64,000 nucleotides of DNA from an uncultured delta proteobacterium (lineage in GTDB: Bacteria; Desulfobacterota; BSN033; UBA1163): the NCBI GenBank assembly GCA_963827685.1, contig CAWHBU010000001.1, positions 363,680 through 427,679 of the forward strand, in the 5' to 3' direction. The notes under the pieces are model-generated. The model saw only the letters and a program-made list of their open reading frames with translations, searched no databases and had not been told where the DNA came from. This document shows positions 41,301 to 49,576 of this stretch, one piece after another. The first letter of the stretch is position 1, and the number at the start of each line of letters is the position of its first letter. A program made the position numbers and the translations under genes.

Positions 41301-42311
41301 ATGGTGACACGCTCATTACCCCTTATTCAAAGGGCTCAGATTCTCGGAGACGTCATCTACTCGCCGATGGCCTTTGCCAAGCTCCTCGGGATTTCTAAGC
41401 ACGATCTCCTTGAGAAAGAGGCGAAAGGAATCCTTCCCCCTGCAAAGAGGGATTCCAATCAGGAACGCTATTATAAGCCAGAGGATGTCAGCAAGTATCG
41501 CGCCTACCTGGGACTTCCTTCCCCCCTCCCATCCATCCGCAAACAGCTCTTTCTCAACTTTAAAGGGGGAACAGGGAAGAGCACGATCTCCGCTTCTTAT
41601 GGTTTTCGCCTTGCCCAGATGGGAGCCCGGACATTACTGATCGATTTAGATCCACAAGGCCATCTCACACAATGCCTAGGCCTCAACAGCCAACAGTTCC
41701 CCAAAACCCTGTTCCATGCCCTGATCGAGAAGGAAGAGATGGAAAAGGTCATCGTCAAGACGGATCTCCCCACATTGGATATAATCCCCTCGAACCTGAA
41801 CCTCTCACCCGTAGAGCTCTCGCTCTTTTCCATGAATTCAAGAGAGTTCCGATTAAGGAGGCTGATCAGTTCTGTGGAGAAAAACTACGAACTGATTGTG
41901 ATGGACGCCTCCCCCAGCATCGGGCTCTTAAACCTGAATGCGATCCTCGCCTCCAACGATCTCATCATCCCCGTCTTGGCCGATTTTCTTTCCTACCATG
42001 GGCTCAAGATTCTTTTCGAGACCCTCTCCACGATCGAAGAGGATTTTTCATTTGTTTTTGAGAATATCTTCATCTTCCTGAACCGCTACAATGAGTCTCA
42101 TCGAATCTGCAAACGTTCGAAGAAGGCGCTGGAGACCCACTATGACAAATACCTCCTCAGCACCGTGATCCGTCAAGATACCAAGATCGCAGAGGCAACG
42201 AGTCAAGGAAGCCCGATCTTCCTGTTCGCCCAATCGTCAAAGGGCGCGGCGGATATCCAGAGCCTGATCGATGAAATATTAGAACCGAAAGGAGCTGATC
42301 ATGTCAGATGA
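41301..42311 (+). CDS. pomZ: ParA/MinD-family ATPase, PomZ (AgmE)-like, with N-terminal HTH-like extension
   Basis: RKQLFLNFKGGTGK, LLIDLDPQGH, GLLNLNA..ASNDL..PVLADFLSYHGLKILFET, SSKGA.DIQ match recalled M. xanthus PomZ. Confidence 0.8.
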   Translation: MVTRSLPLIQRAQILGDVIYSPMAFAKLLGISKHDLLEKEAKGILPPAKRDSNQERYYKPEDVSKYRAYLGLPSPLPSIRKQLFLNFKGGTGKSTISASYGFRLAQMGARTLLIDLDPQGHLTQCLGLNSQQFPKTLFHALIEKEEMEKVIVKTDLPTLDIIPSNLNLSPVELSLFSMNSREFRLRRLISSVEKNYELIVMDASPSIGLLNLNAILASNDLIIPVLADFLSYHGLKILFETLSTIEEDFSFVFENIFIFLNRYNESHRICKRSKKALETHYDKYLLSTVIRQDTKIAEATSQGSPIFLFAQSSKGAADIQSLIDEILEPKGADHVR

Positions 42312-42633
42312 ATTCACGAACAACGTGGCACAAAAATTCCCCAACACACTGAATAAAGAGCCGATTGAAAGGCCTTGGGATGTTGCGGAAGCCCGTCCCC
42401 TCTCTCCTTTGAAGAAACTTGTGGAAGAATCCAAAAAGGATGATTTGACCGAACGGATCGATACGCTTTATTCTGAGCTTCGTTCCTCTTTGACGGTGCG
42501 GTCTGCGCTGGAATTCGATCTGAAGAAGGCCAATCGAATTCTTGAAGAGGTGAACCGGGTCAAAGCAGAAGTCGAAAAGATTGTCGAGATGTTGAGGGTG
42601 ATGGATGGATACATGAAAGAACGAATCAAGTAA
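42301..42633 (+). CDS. Short coiled-coil protein with PomX-like N-terminal peptide
   Basis: MSDEFTNNVAQKFP; overlaps the pomZ stop; own SD (AAGGAG). Confidence 0.6.
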   Translation: MSDEFTNNVAQKFPNTLNKEPIERPWDVAEARPLSPLKKLVEESKKDDLTERIDTLYSELRSSLTVRSALEFDLKKANRILEEVNRVKAEVEKIVEMLRVMDGYMKERIK

Positions 42634-42707
42634 TCCCCTTCCCTCCCTTTCCCGGAGACGGGGAAAGAAGGAATGAGGGAGGGTCGAATGGCTGAGGAGG
42701 GTATAGG

Positions 42708-43523
42708 ATGAAACCAAGAAGTCAGGTGATGACGGCCGATGGATTCGATACGAATGTTGCCGAAAAGATGCCGAAGATTAGAAAGCTGGAAGAACCCCTT
42801 CCCTCACCCCTGGAAATGGAACCCCAGTTACTGGAAGAAGATTATCACGAGCCTGTACCAGAAATGAGAATTCCGGAGAAGCAGGTAGAGAGGAAGATGA
42901 TCTTCGAATCTCCAAAGAAAGGGATCGAGACCGAACAGAGTCTGGACGTCCTGAAACTGATCGAAGACCTTCATGCTCAGCTCCTTGCCTCGGCCCAGAC
43001 CAAGAGGGCTCTGGAGATGGACCTGGCTTCTTACAAGAAGAGCATCCATCAATTGGCCCAAGATAATCAAGAATTACGTCGCCAGTGGGAAGCCCTGAGC
43101 AGAGAGCATCAGAGGCTCAAAGAGTTGCAGTCCGAATCGATCTATCTTCAAGAGGAGAATGCAGACGCCTTGGAGCGAATCAAAGAATTTCAACAGGAAT
43201 TGAGAGAGATGAGGGAAGCCTTGGCCAAAGCCACTCAGGAAAGAGAGGAAGCCTTCGATCGAATTCGTGATCTGGAATCCCAGATGGAACAGAACGAGGT
43301 GGTTAAAATCAAAGGAAAGTTAAAGGAGAGAGAAGCCTCCGTTTTCTCTGAGGAGAACCGGGAACTCCAATCCAAACTGGAGGAGGCCCTCACCCAGAAT
43401 AGGGATCTGGAGAAAAAGTACGAAACCTTGAAAAAATCCTTTAATGAAGTGAGAGAATCTCTCACCTTTTTAAGGGATTCCTGCAAAGTAAATTACTACA
43501 ACCTATCGGAGACCCCTGAATAA
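42708..43523 (+). CDS. PomX-like protein (N-terminal peptide, Pro/Glu linker, long coiled coil)
   Basis: GFDTNVAEKMPKIRKL, then PLPSPLEMEP, then a long heptad-rich region. Confidence 0.65.
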   Translation: MKPRSQVMTADGFDTNVAEKMPKIRKLEEPLPSPLEMEPQLLEEDYHEPVPEMRIPEKQVERKMIFESPKKGIETEQSLDVLKLIEDLHAQLLASAQTKRALEMDLASYKKSIHQLAQDNQELRRQWEALSREHQRLKELQSESIYLQEENADALERIKEFQQELREMREALAKATQEREEAFDRIRDLESQMEQNEVVKIKGKLKEREASVFSEENRELQSKLEEALTQNRDLEKKYETLKKSFNEVRESLTFLRDSCKVNYYNLSETPE

Positions 43524-43651
43524 AATCGAAAATTCTTGACATCCTCCAGTAATTAAAGTATAAAGTAATTATTTATTCGTTTGCTCGCCGTTTTTTATCC
43601 CCTCTCGGTACCTGTTCCACACAGAAGGGAATATTTCAAAGGAGAGCCGTT

Positions 43652-45340
43652 TTGAAAATTCGATTGATCGATCCAGCCTATGAGCACCCTTACATCAGCC
43701 ACTCGCAAAAGGTAATTAAGAACATCTGGTTTGCCCGCCTCACGCTGACCGCGTTGGCTGCACTCACCCCCTCGAATATCGAAGTGAATATCACGGATGA
43801 GAATGTCGAGCCCATTGACTTTGAAGAGGAGGTGGATCTGGTCGGTGTGACCGGAATGGTGATGCATGCTCCAAGGGCTTACGAGATCGCACAGAGGTTT
43901 CGTCAGAGAGAGATCCCGGTCGTCATGGGCGGACCTCATGCCTCAAGCCTTCCCCTCGAAGCCAAGCAGCATGTGGATGCGGTGGTCATCGGTGAAGCGG
44001 AGAATGTCTGGGGAGGATTGATTGAAGATTTTAAGAAGGGATGCCTCAAACCTTTCTATCAGGCGGAGTCCTTCTGCTCGATGGAAAGACTCCCCTTTCC
44101 GAGGCTTGATCTCCTTCATAAAGATGCCTACATGACAATCAACTGTGTCCAAACGACCCGGGGTTGTCCTCACCAATGTGATTTTTGTCATGTCACGCAT
44201 TTTTTTGGAAAGACTTATCGCTGTCGGCCGGTGGATGAAGTGATTGAAGAGGTGAAGCGGTTAGAAGGGGATTTTCTTGTTTTCATCGATGACAATATCG
44301 CTGGAAACCCCCGCTATGCCAAAGAGCTCTTTACCCGATTGAAGCCCCTCAAAAAGAAATGGGCCAGCCAGGCCAGTATGACCCTGACCCGGGACCCCGA
44401 ACTCCTGAGACTTGCTGCGGAGAGCGGATGTGTCTCTTTGTTCATCGGGGTCGAATCCCTCTCTTCGGAAAACTTGAAGGATGTGAATAAAAGCTTTAAT
44501 CAAGTCCACCAATTTGAGGAAGCCATGAAAGCCGTTCACGACCACGACATCTTGATCGTGGCCGGGTTCATTTTTGGATTGGATCATGATGATGAAGGGG
44601 TCTTTGAAAGGACGCTTCGATTTTGTGAACGGAATCGAATTGAATTGCCCAGTTTCTTCATTCTCACCCCCTTACCCGGGACGGCTTTATTCCAAAGGAT
44701 GGAGTCAGAGGGCAGGCTCCTGCATAAAGATTGGAGTCAATATAATGGAGCCACAGTTGTTTTCAAGCCGAGATTGATGACCGAAGAGACGCTTCAGCGC
44801 GGATTTAATTGGGCATGCAAAGAGGGATATTCCTGGGGTTCCATCTTTAAAAGGGTTTGCCATCCCCAACAACGATTCGTCACTCGAGTCCTTTCGAATA
44901 TCGCCTACCGAAGCATTGCGCAGAGGACACCGGAGGGTTATCTTCCAAGCCTTTCACGAATTTTGCAGAGGATGAATGATACCATCCCTCTCCACAATAC
45001 TCGGGACTTGATTCAGCGGGTGGGGGAGAAAATTGCCGAGAGGAAACTTCGGATTGGTCAAAAAGCCGCCGATACGCTCAAACTCTATTCTATTTATAAC
45101 GAGCGGGTTAGAACCCTGTTCGTCAGACTCGAGGGATCGATGGATCGGGAGGGAGCGAAAGAGTTGGTAGAGAGGCTTAAAGGAGTTTTACATGTAAAGA
45201 TCCAGAAAGTCATCCTTGACTTCAAAGATGTTGGAGCTTTTTCCTCAGAGGCGATCTCCCTGCTCTCCAGAAAAGGTCTTCTTCAGACAGAAGAAGGAAA
45301 ACTCTGGATCGCTGTGAACCCACCGGGCATCCTTGGTTAG
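43652..45340 (+). CDS. B12-binding radical SAM protein with C-terminal STAS-like extension
   Basis: VVMGGPHAS, RGCPHQCDFC, FIDDN, TPLPGT; tail VRLEGSMD...VILDFKDV. Confidence 0.9.
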   Translation: MKIRLIDPAYEHPYISHSQKVIKNIWFARLTLTALAALTPSNIEVNITDENVEPIDFEEEVDLVGVTGMVMHAPRAYEIAQRFRQREIPVVMGGPHASSLPLEAKQHVDAVVIGEAENVWGGLIEDFKKGCLKPFYQAESFCSMERLPFPRLDLLHKDAYMTINCVQTTRGCPHQCDFCHVTHFFGKTYRCRPVDEVIEEVKRLEGDFLVFIDDNIAGNPRYAKELFTRLKPLKKKWASQASMTLTRDPELLRLAAESGCVSLFIGVESLSSENLKDVNKSFNQVHQFEEAMKAVHDHDILIVAGFIFGLDHDDEGVFERTLRFCERNRIELPSFFILTPLPGTALFQRMESEGRLLHKDWSQYNGATVVFKPRLMTEETLQRGFNWACKEGYSWGSIFKRVCHPQQRFVTRVLSNIAYRSIAQRTPEGYLPSLSRILQRMNDTIPLHNTRDLIQRVGEKIAERKLRIGQKAADTLKLYSIYNERVRTLFVRLEGSMDREGAKELVERLKGVLHVKIQKVILDFKDVGAFSSEAISLLSRKGLLQTEEGKLWIAVNPPGILG

Positions 45341-45381
45341 TTTTCCTCCCTGCCTGTTGACAAACAAAAAAGAAGAACTCT

Positions 45382-45573
45382 TTATCTTGAAAACCGGCGA
45401 GCTGCTCTCTGTCTTCTCCTCCTCGCCTCCTGCTGTTTTCTTTTCTTTTTCACGGAAGGTTTCTCGTAGGACCTTCTTTTCTTCAATTCCTTCAAGATCC
45501 CATCCCTGGCGAGTTGGCGCTTCAACGTTTTGATCGCATTCTCGATCTGGTTGTCTTGAACTTTAACTTCCAA
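45382..45573 (-). CDS. rpsU: 30S ribosomal protein S21
   Basis: IENAIK.LKR...DGILKELK.RRSYEKPSVKKKRK; TTG start with SD. Confidence 0.95.
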   Translation of the reverse strand: MEVKVQDNQIENAIKTLKRQLARDGILKELKKRRSYEKPSVKKKRKQQEARRRRQRAARRFSR

Positions 45574-45710
45574 CGACCTCTCCTCTACCCCGTTAGAAAA
45601 CCACACTTTTAACGCGTGGACGAGCCATATTCAGAATTGGAATACCTTTGATAAAAGACAATGTTAAAACCCTGTCATTTCTAACGGGGTTTCCTTTCTG
45701 TAAATCGGGT

Positions 45711-46004
45711 TTACCTGTTCCTATCTCTTCTGCCTTTGAACTCGCCACCCTTTTTTTTCTGAGGTCTGGCCTCGCTCACGATCAAGGTCCGTTCCATAAA
45801 GGTCTTCCCATTGACGAGGGAGATTGCCTTCTCCGCCTCTGCCTCGGAGGTCATCTCCACAAAACCAAATCCTCTGGACCTCCCTGAATACGAATCGGTG
45901 ACGATTTTGACGGACTGGACTGCTCCTGCTTCAGAGAAGAGTTTCTTCAGATCTTCTTCTGAAGCTCCGAAGGAGAGATTTCCGATGTACAGTTTCACGT
46001 TCAT
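45711..46004 (-). CDS. RRM-domain RNA-binding protein
   Basis: KLYIGNLSF (RNP2), SRGFGFVEM (RNP1), VSEARP. Confidence 0.95.
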   Translation of the reverse strand: MNVKLYIGNLSFGASEEDLKKLFSEAGAVQSVKIVTDSYSGRSRGFGFVEMTSEAEAEKAISLVNGKTFMERTLIVSEARPQKKKGGEFKGRRDRNR

Positions 46005-46223
46005 TTTTTCTCCTCCATCAATGCTAAAACCTCCAGAACTTTCTTGAGAACTCCTGGGGGTTCCTGAAAACTTCTTACAAAGTTCAGTTATTTGTATTTA
46101 TGGACTAAATTTCAGCATCTGTCAAGCTAAATTCTGAGTGTAACAAAAATTTGACATTTAAATTGAGTTCATATATATCACTCATATATAATATATAGTA
46201 TACAGTAGTATATTGGGACACAC

Positions 46224-46243
46224 TTTGTGAAAGATTTATCAGA
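46224..46243 (+). promoter_or_regulatory. Possible Rex operator upstream of nfnAB
   Basis: TTTGTGAAAGATTTATCAGA: left half matches TTGTGAA, right half is imperfect; abuts the SD. Confidence 0.4.
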
Positions 46244-46257
46244 AAGGAGGGGGAAAA

Positions 46258-47091
46258 TTGCACAAGATTACCTATAAAAGAGAGATGGCTGAGAAAACGG
46301 TGTGCCATTTTAAGGTAGAGGCACCCCGAATTGCGCGGAAGGCAAAGCCAGGACAGTTTGTTGTATTAAAAGCTAACGAAACGGGCGAGAGAATTCCTTT
46401 GACCATGGGAGGGACCGATCCGGCTACAGGGATGATCGACCTGATCTTTCAAGTTGTTGGAAAGTCCACGGCTCTCCTAAGAACCCTCAACGTAGGCGAT
46501 TCCATCCAGGATATCATCGGGCCACTGGGAAAACCGACCCATATTGAAAATATTGGAACGGTGATCTGTGTGGGAGGTGGAACAGGCGTTGCCGTGATGT
46601 ACCCGATCACCAAAGCTTACAAAGAGGCAGGGAACAACGTGATCGCTATCATTGGTGCTCGAACAAAAGACCTCCTGATCTTAGAAGATGAAATGAAAGC
46701 AGCCAGTCACGATCTGAGGGTGACGACGGATGACGGGAGTTATGGTCATCACGGATTTGTGACCGATGTCCTCCGCAAAATTTTGGATGAACAGAAAGAT
46801 GTGAAATTGATCGTGGGGATTGGCCCTGTGCCGATGATGAAGTTTTTATGCAAATTGACAAAGGAATATGGGGTCAAGACGATGGTAAGTTTGAATCCCA
46901 TCATGGTGGATGCAACTGGAATGTGCGGGGCCTGCCGGGTCACGGTGGGAGGCAAGACGAAATTTTGCTGTGTGGATGGCCCGGAATTTGATGGTCATGA
47001 AGTCGACTATGATGAGTTGGTAAAACGGCAAAGGGCCTATCTCACAGAGGAGAAGGTGTCCATGGAACAATTTACGACAGCAGGAAAATAA
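46258..47091 (+). CDS. nfnA: NADH-dependent reduced ferredoxin:NADP oxidoreductase, small subunit
   Basis: PGQFV, GERIPLT, GPLG, GGGTG, MVDATGMCGACRV, CVDGPEF. Confidence 0.9.
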   Translation: MHKITYKREMAEKTVCHFKVEAPRIARKAKPGQFVVLKANETGERIPLTMGGTDPATGMIDLIFQVVGKSTALLRTLNVGDSIQDIIGPLGKPTHIENIGTVICVGGGTGVAVMYPITKAYKEAGNNVIAIIGARTKDLLILEDEMKAASHDLRVTTDDGSYGHHGFVTDVLRKILDEQKDVKLIVGIGPVPMMKFLCKLTKEYGVKTMVSLNPIMVDATGMCGACRVTVGGKTKFCCVDGPEFDGHEVDYDELVKRQRAYLTEEKVSMEQFTTAGK

Positions 47092-47102
47092 GGGGGTTTG
47101 AG

Positions 47103-48515
47103 ATGGCAGAGAAAGAAGAAAAAGAGAAAAAACAAAAAGTCCCAAGGCAGAAAATGCCTGAGCAGGAACCCAAAGTGAGGGCGAGGAATTTTGATGAGGT
47201 TCCTTTTGGATACACACCCGAATTGGCGCAGTTGGAAGCGAGTCGCTGTCTTCAATGCAAGAAACCGAAATGTATTGAGGGATGTCCGGTGGAAGTCGAG
47301 ATCCCGGCTTTTGTTAAACTTATTTCGGACGGTGATTTTGCCGGGGCAGCGCGGAAATTGAAATTACGAAACAGTCTCCCTGCCGTTTGCGGCCGCGTCT
47401 GTCCTCAAGAGGACCAGTGCGAAAAGGTTTGCATCGTTGGAAAAAAGGATCAACCGGTTGCTGTCGGCAGATTGGAGCGATTTGCTGCGGATTGGGAGAG
47501 AACGAAAGGAGAAGTCACCATTCCTGAAAAAGCTCCTGCCACAGGGAAGAAAGTGGCGGTCGTGGGATCTGGACCAGCAGGTTTGACCCTGGCAGGGGAT
47601 CTTATTCTTAAAGGACATGAGGTCACGATTTTTGAAGCCCTCCATAAAACCGGAGGCGTTCTGATCTACGGAATTCCGGAATTCCGTCTTCCCAAGGCGA
47701 TTGTCCAGGCAGAGGTCAACTATTTGGAGAAATTGGGTGTCAAGGTAGAGTGTAACTGCGTCATCGGAAGGATCGAGACCGTTGATGAGCTCCTGAAGGA
47801 ATATAATGCTGTATTCTTGGGTTTGGGCGCAGGTCTTCCCCAGTTTTTGAATGTCCCCGGAGAGAACTATTGCGGCATCTATTCAGCCAATGAATATCTC
47901 ACCCGGTCCAATTTGATGAAGGCATACCTCTTTCCTAAATATGATACGCCGATTGCCCGGGGGAAAAATGTGGCGGTCTTTGGAGCAGGGAATGTGGCCA
48001 TGGATTCAGCGAGAACCGCCCTCCGATTAGGGGCGGATACCGTTCGGATCATCTACCGCCGATCGAGGGATGAGATGCCGGCTCGTATCGAAGAGGTTCA
48101 CCATGCAGAAGAAGAGGGCGTTCAATTCTATCTTCTCACGGCTCCTACAAAATTTTTGGGAGACGATAATGGTTGGGTAACCGGCGTGGAATGCCTCCGG
48201 ATGGAATTGGGAGAGCCTGACGAGTCAGGAAGACGCAGGCCGGTTCCCATCAAGGGTTCAGAATTTCAATTGGAGTGCGATCTGGCAGTGGTGGCCATTG
48301 GCGCAGGCGCCAACCCACTTCTTCCTACACAGACACCGGGTCTGGAGCTGAATAAGAGAGGTTATATCGTGGCTGACCTTGAAACCGGAAAGACCACGAA
48401 ACCCCGAGTTTGGGCAGGAGGAGATATCGTGACCGGTTCAGCCACTGTTATTCTTGCGATGGGTGCAGGAAGGAAGGCGGCCAATTCGATTCACGAGTAT
48501 TTGATGGGTAAGTAG
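47103..48515 (+). CDS. nfnB: NADH-dependent reduced ferredoxin:NADP oxidoreductase, large subunit (GltD-like)
   Basis: EASRCLQCKKP.C..GCPV, CGRVCPQE.QCE..C, GSGPAGL, GAGNVAMD, GSATVILAMGAG; follows nfnA. Confidence 0.9.
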   Translation: MAEKEEKEKKQKVPRQKMPEQEPKVRARNFDEVPFGYTPELAQLEASRCLQCKKPKCIEGCPVEVEIPAFVKLISDGDFAGAARKLKLRNSLPAVCGRVCPQEDQCEKVCIVGKKDQPVAVGRLERFAADWERTKGEVTIPEKAPATGKKVAVVGSGPAGLTLAGDLILKGHEVTIFEALHKTGGVLIYGIPEFRLPKAIVQAEVNYLEKLGVKVECNCVIGRIETVDELLKEYNAVFLGLGAGLPQFLNVPGENYCGIYSANEYLTRSNLMKAYLFPKYDTPIARGKNVAVFGAGNVAMDSARTALRLGADTVRIIYRRSRDEMPARIEEVHHAEEEGVQFYLLTAPTKFLGDDNGWVTGVECLRMELGEPDESGRRRPVPIKGSEFQLECDLAVVAIGAGANPLLPTQTPGLELNKRGYIVADLETGKTTKPRVWAGGDIVTGSATVILAMGAGRKAANSIHEYLMGK

Positions 48516-48570
48516 CGTCGGCATTTACTGCTGACGGAATCTATTCGCCCCCAATAAATGGGGGCGCTAC
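48512..48570. repeat. GTAG-type REP doublet (REPIN/BIME-like)
   Basis: GTAGcgtcggcatttactgctgacg ... cgcccccaataaatgggggcgCTAC in inverted orientation. Confidence 0.6.
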
Positions 48571-48579
48571 AATGAACGG

Positions 48580-48610
48580 AAGGGCAGAGCCATCTGGTTC
48601 TGCCCTTTTT
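48580..48610 (+). terminator. Rho-independent terminator of nfnAB
   Basis: aagggcagagcca-tc-tggttctgccctt followed by a T run. Confidence 0.8.
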
Positions 48611-48740
48611 CATTCCATAAATTTATGCAGAGATCTTTCCATTTTTCTTGATCATATAAAGGTGGACATACTTTCGGGGGGAGAAATCAAGGCTTCTTCT
48701 GTAAATGATCTCGTGAAAGATTGACATCTTTTGGGAGTTT

Positions 48741-49175
48741 ATGAAGATCTTGGTAGATGCAGATGCCTGTCCCAGATCCGTTTTGCAGATCTGCATGAGA
48801 CTTGGACGAAAATACGATATCCCTGTCTGGACGGTGGCCAGTTTCAATCACGATATAGAGGCGGATCATCATTTCGTAGTGGGAGACGATTCTCAGGAAG
48901 CGGATATGAAGATCATGAATCTAACCGAGGCAGGAGATGTAGTCGTAACAGGGGATTGGGGATTGGCAGCGATCGTGCTGGGGAAGGGAGCGAAATGTGC
49001 GAGCCCCATGGGCAGGGAGTTTCATCCGGAAAAGATTGGGTTCTTATTGGAGGAGCGCGAGGTCAAGGCGAAAATCCGCCGGGGAGGTGGTAGAACAAAA
49101 GGGCCGAAGAAGAGAACATTGGCAGATGATCAGCGATTCGAGATTCGTTTGGAAAAGATTCTTTTGGGAGAGTGA
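48741..49175 (+). CDS. YaiI/YqxD (DUF188) family protein
   Basis: [33 protein letters not shown]. Confidence 0.92.
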   Translation: MKILVDADACPRSVLQICMRLGRKYDIPVWTVASFNHDIEADHHFVVGDDSQEADMKIMNLTEAGDVVVTGDWGLAAIVLGKGAKCASPMGREFHPEKIGFLLEEREVKAKIRRGGGRTKGPKKRTLADDQRFEIRLEKILLGE

Positions 49176-49576
49176 AGGCGATACTTTATCTTTCAGGCAC
49201 GTGGACGCTCCCTTTCGGTACGCATGCCAACATTCTGCGGCAGCTTGTGTGTCCCCACTTTCCTCAACAGGTTGAAATAACTTGGGTTGAAAATTCGGTG
49301 ATGTCGGCAGAATTTTCAGGGTAACTATTTTGTCACGTCGGGTATCCGGTATGGAGTCGAACCCTCAAAACATCCTCCTCGCCCTCGCCACCTTTACCTT
49401 CCAGATGCCCGACCGCGACTCCGATTCCCCTATTCCTTCTCCCTCGACTGTTAAGTTGTCTTGGAACCTACATTCCATCCTTGTGTGAAAAGAGAGCACG
49501 GTTCCATAAAAACTGACCTTGAAAAAAAAGTGTTTTCCTTTTACGTTAAGGGTACAAATTTTAGGAGGATAATACT

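Noticed and set aside
41301-42311. Plasmid or prophage type Ia ParA partition cassette
   Set aside because: No ParB, parS array, rep or phage genes; chromosomal neighbours; motifs and gene order fit PomZ better.
47103-48515. Glutamate synthase small subunit
   Set aside because: No gltB nearby, and it is paired with an NfnA-type gene.
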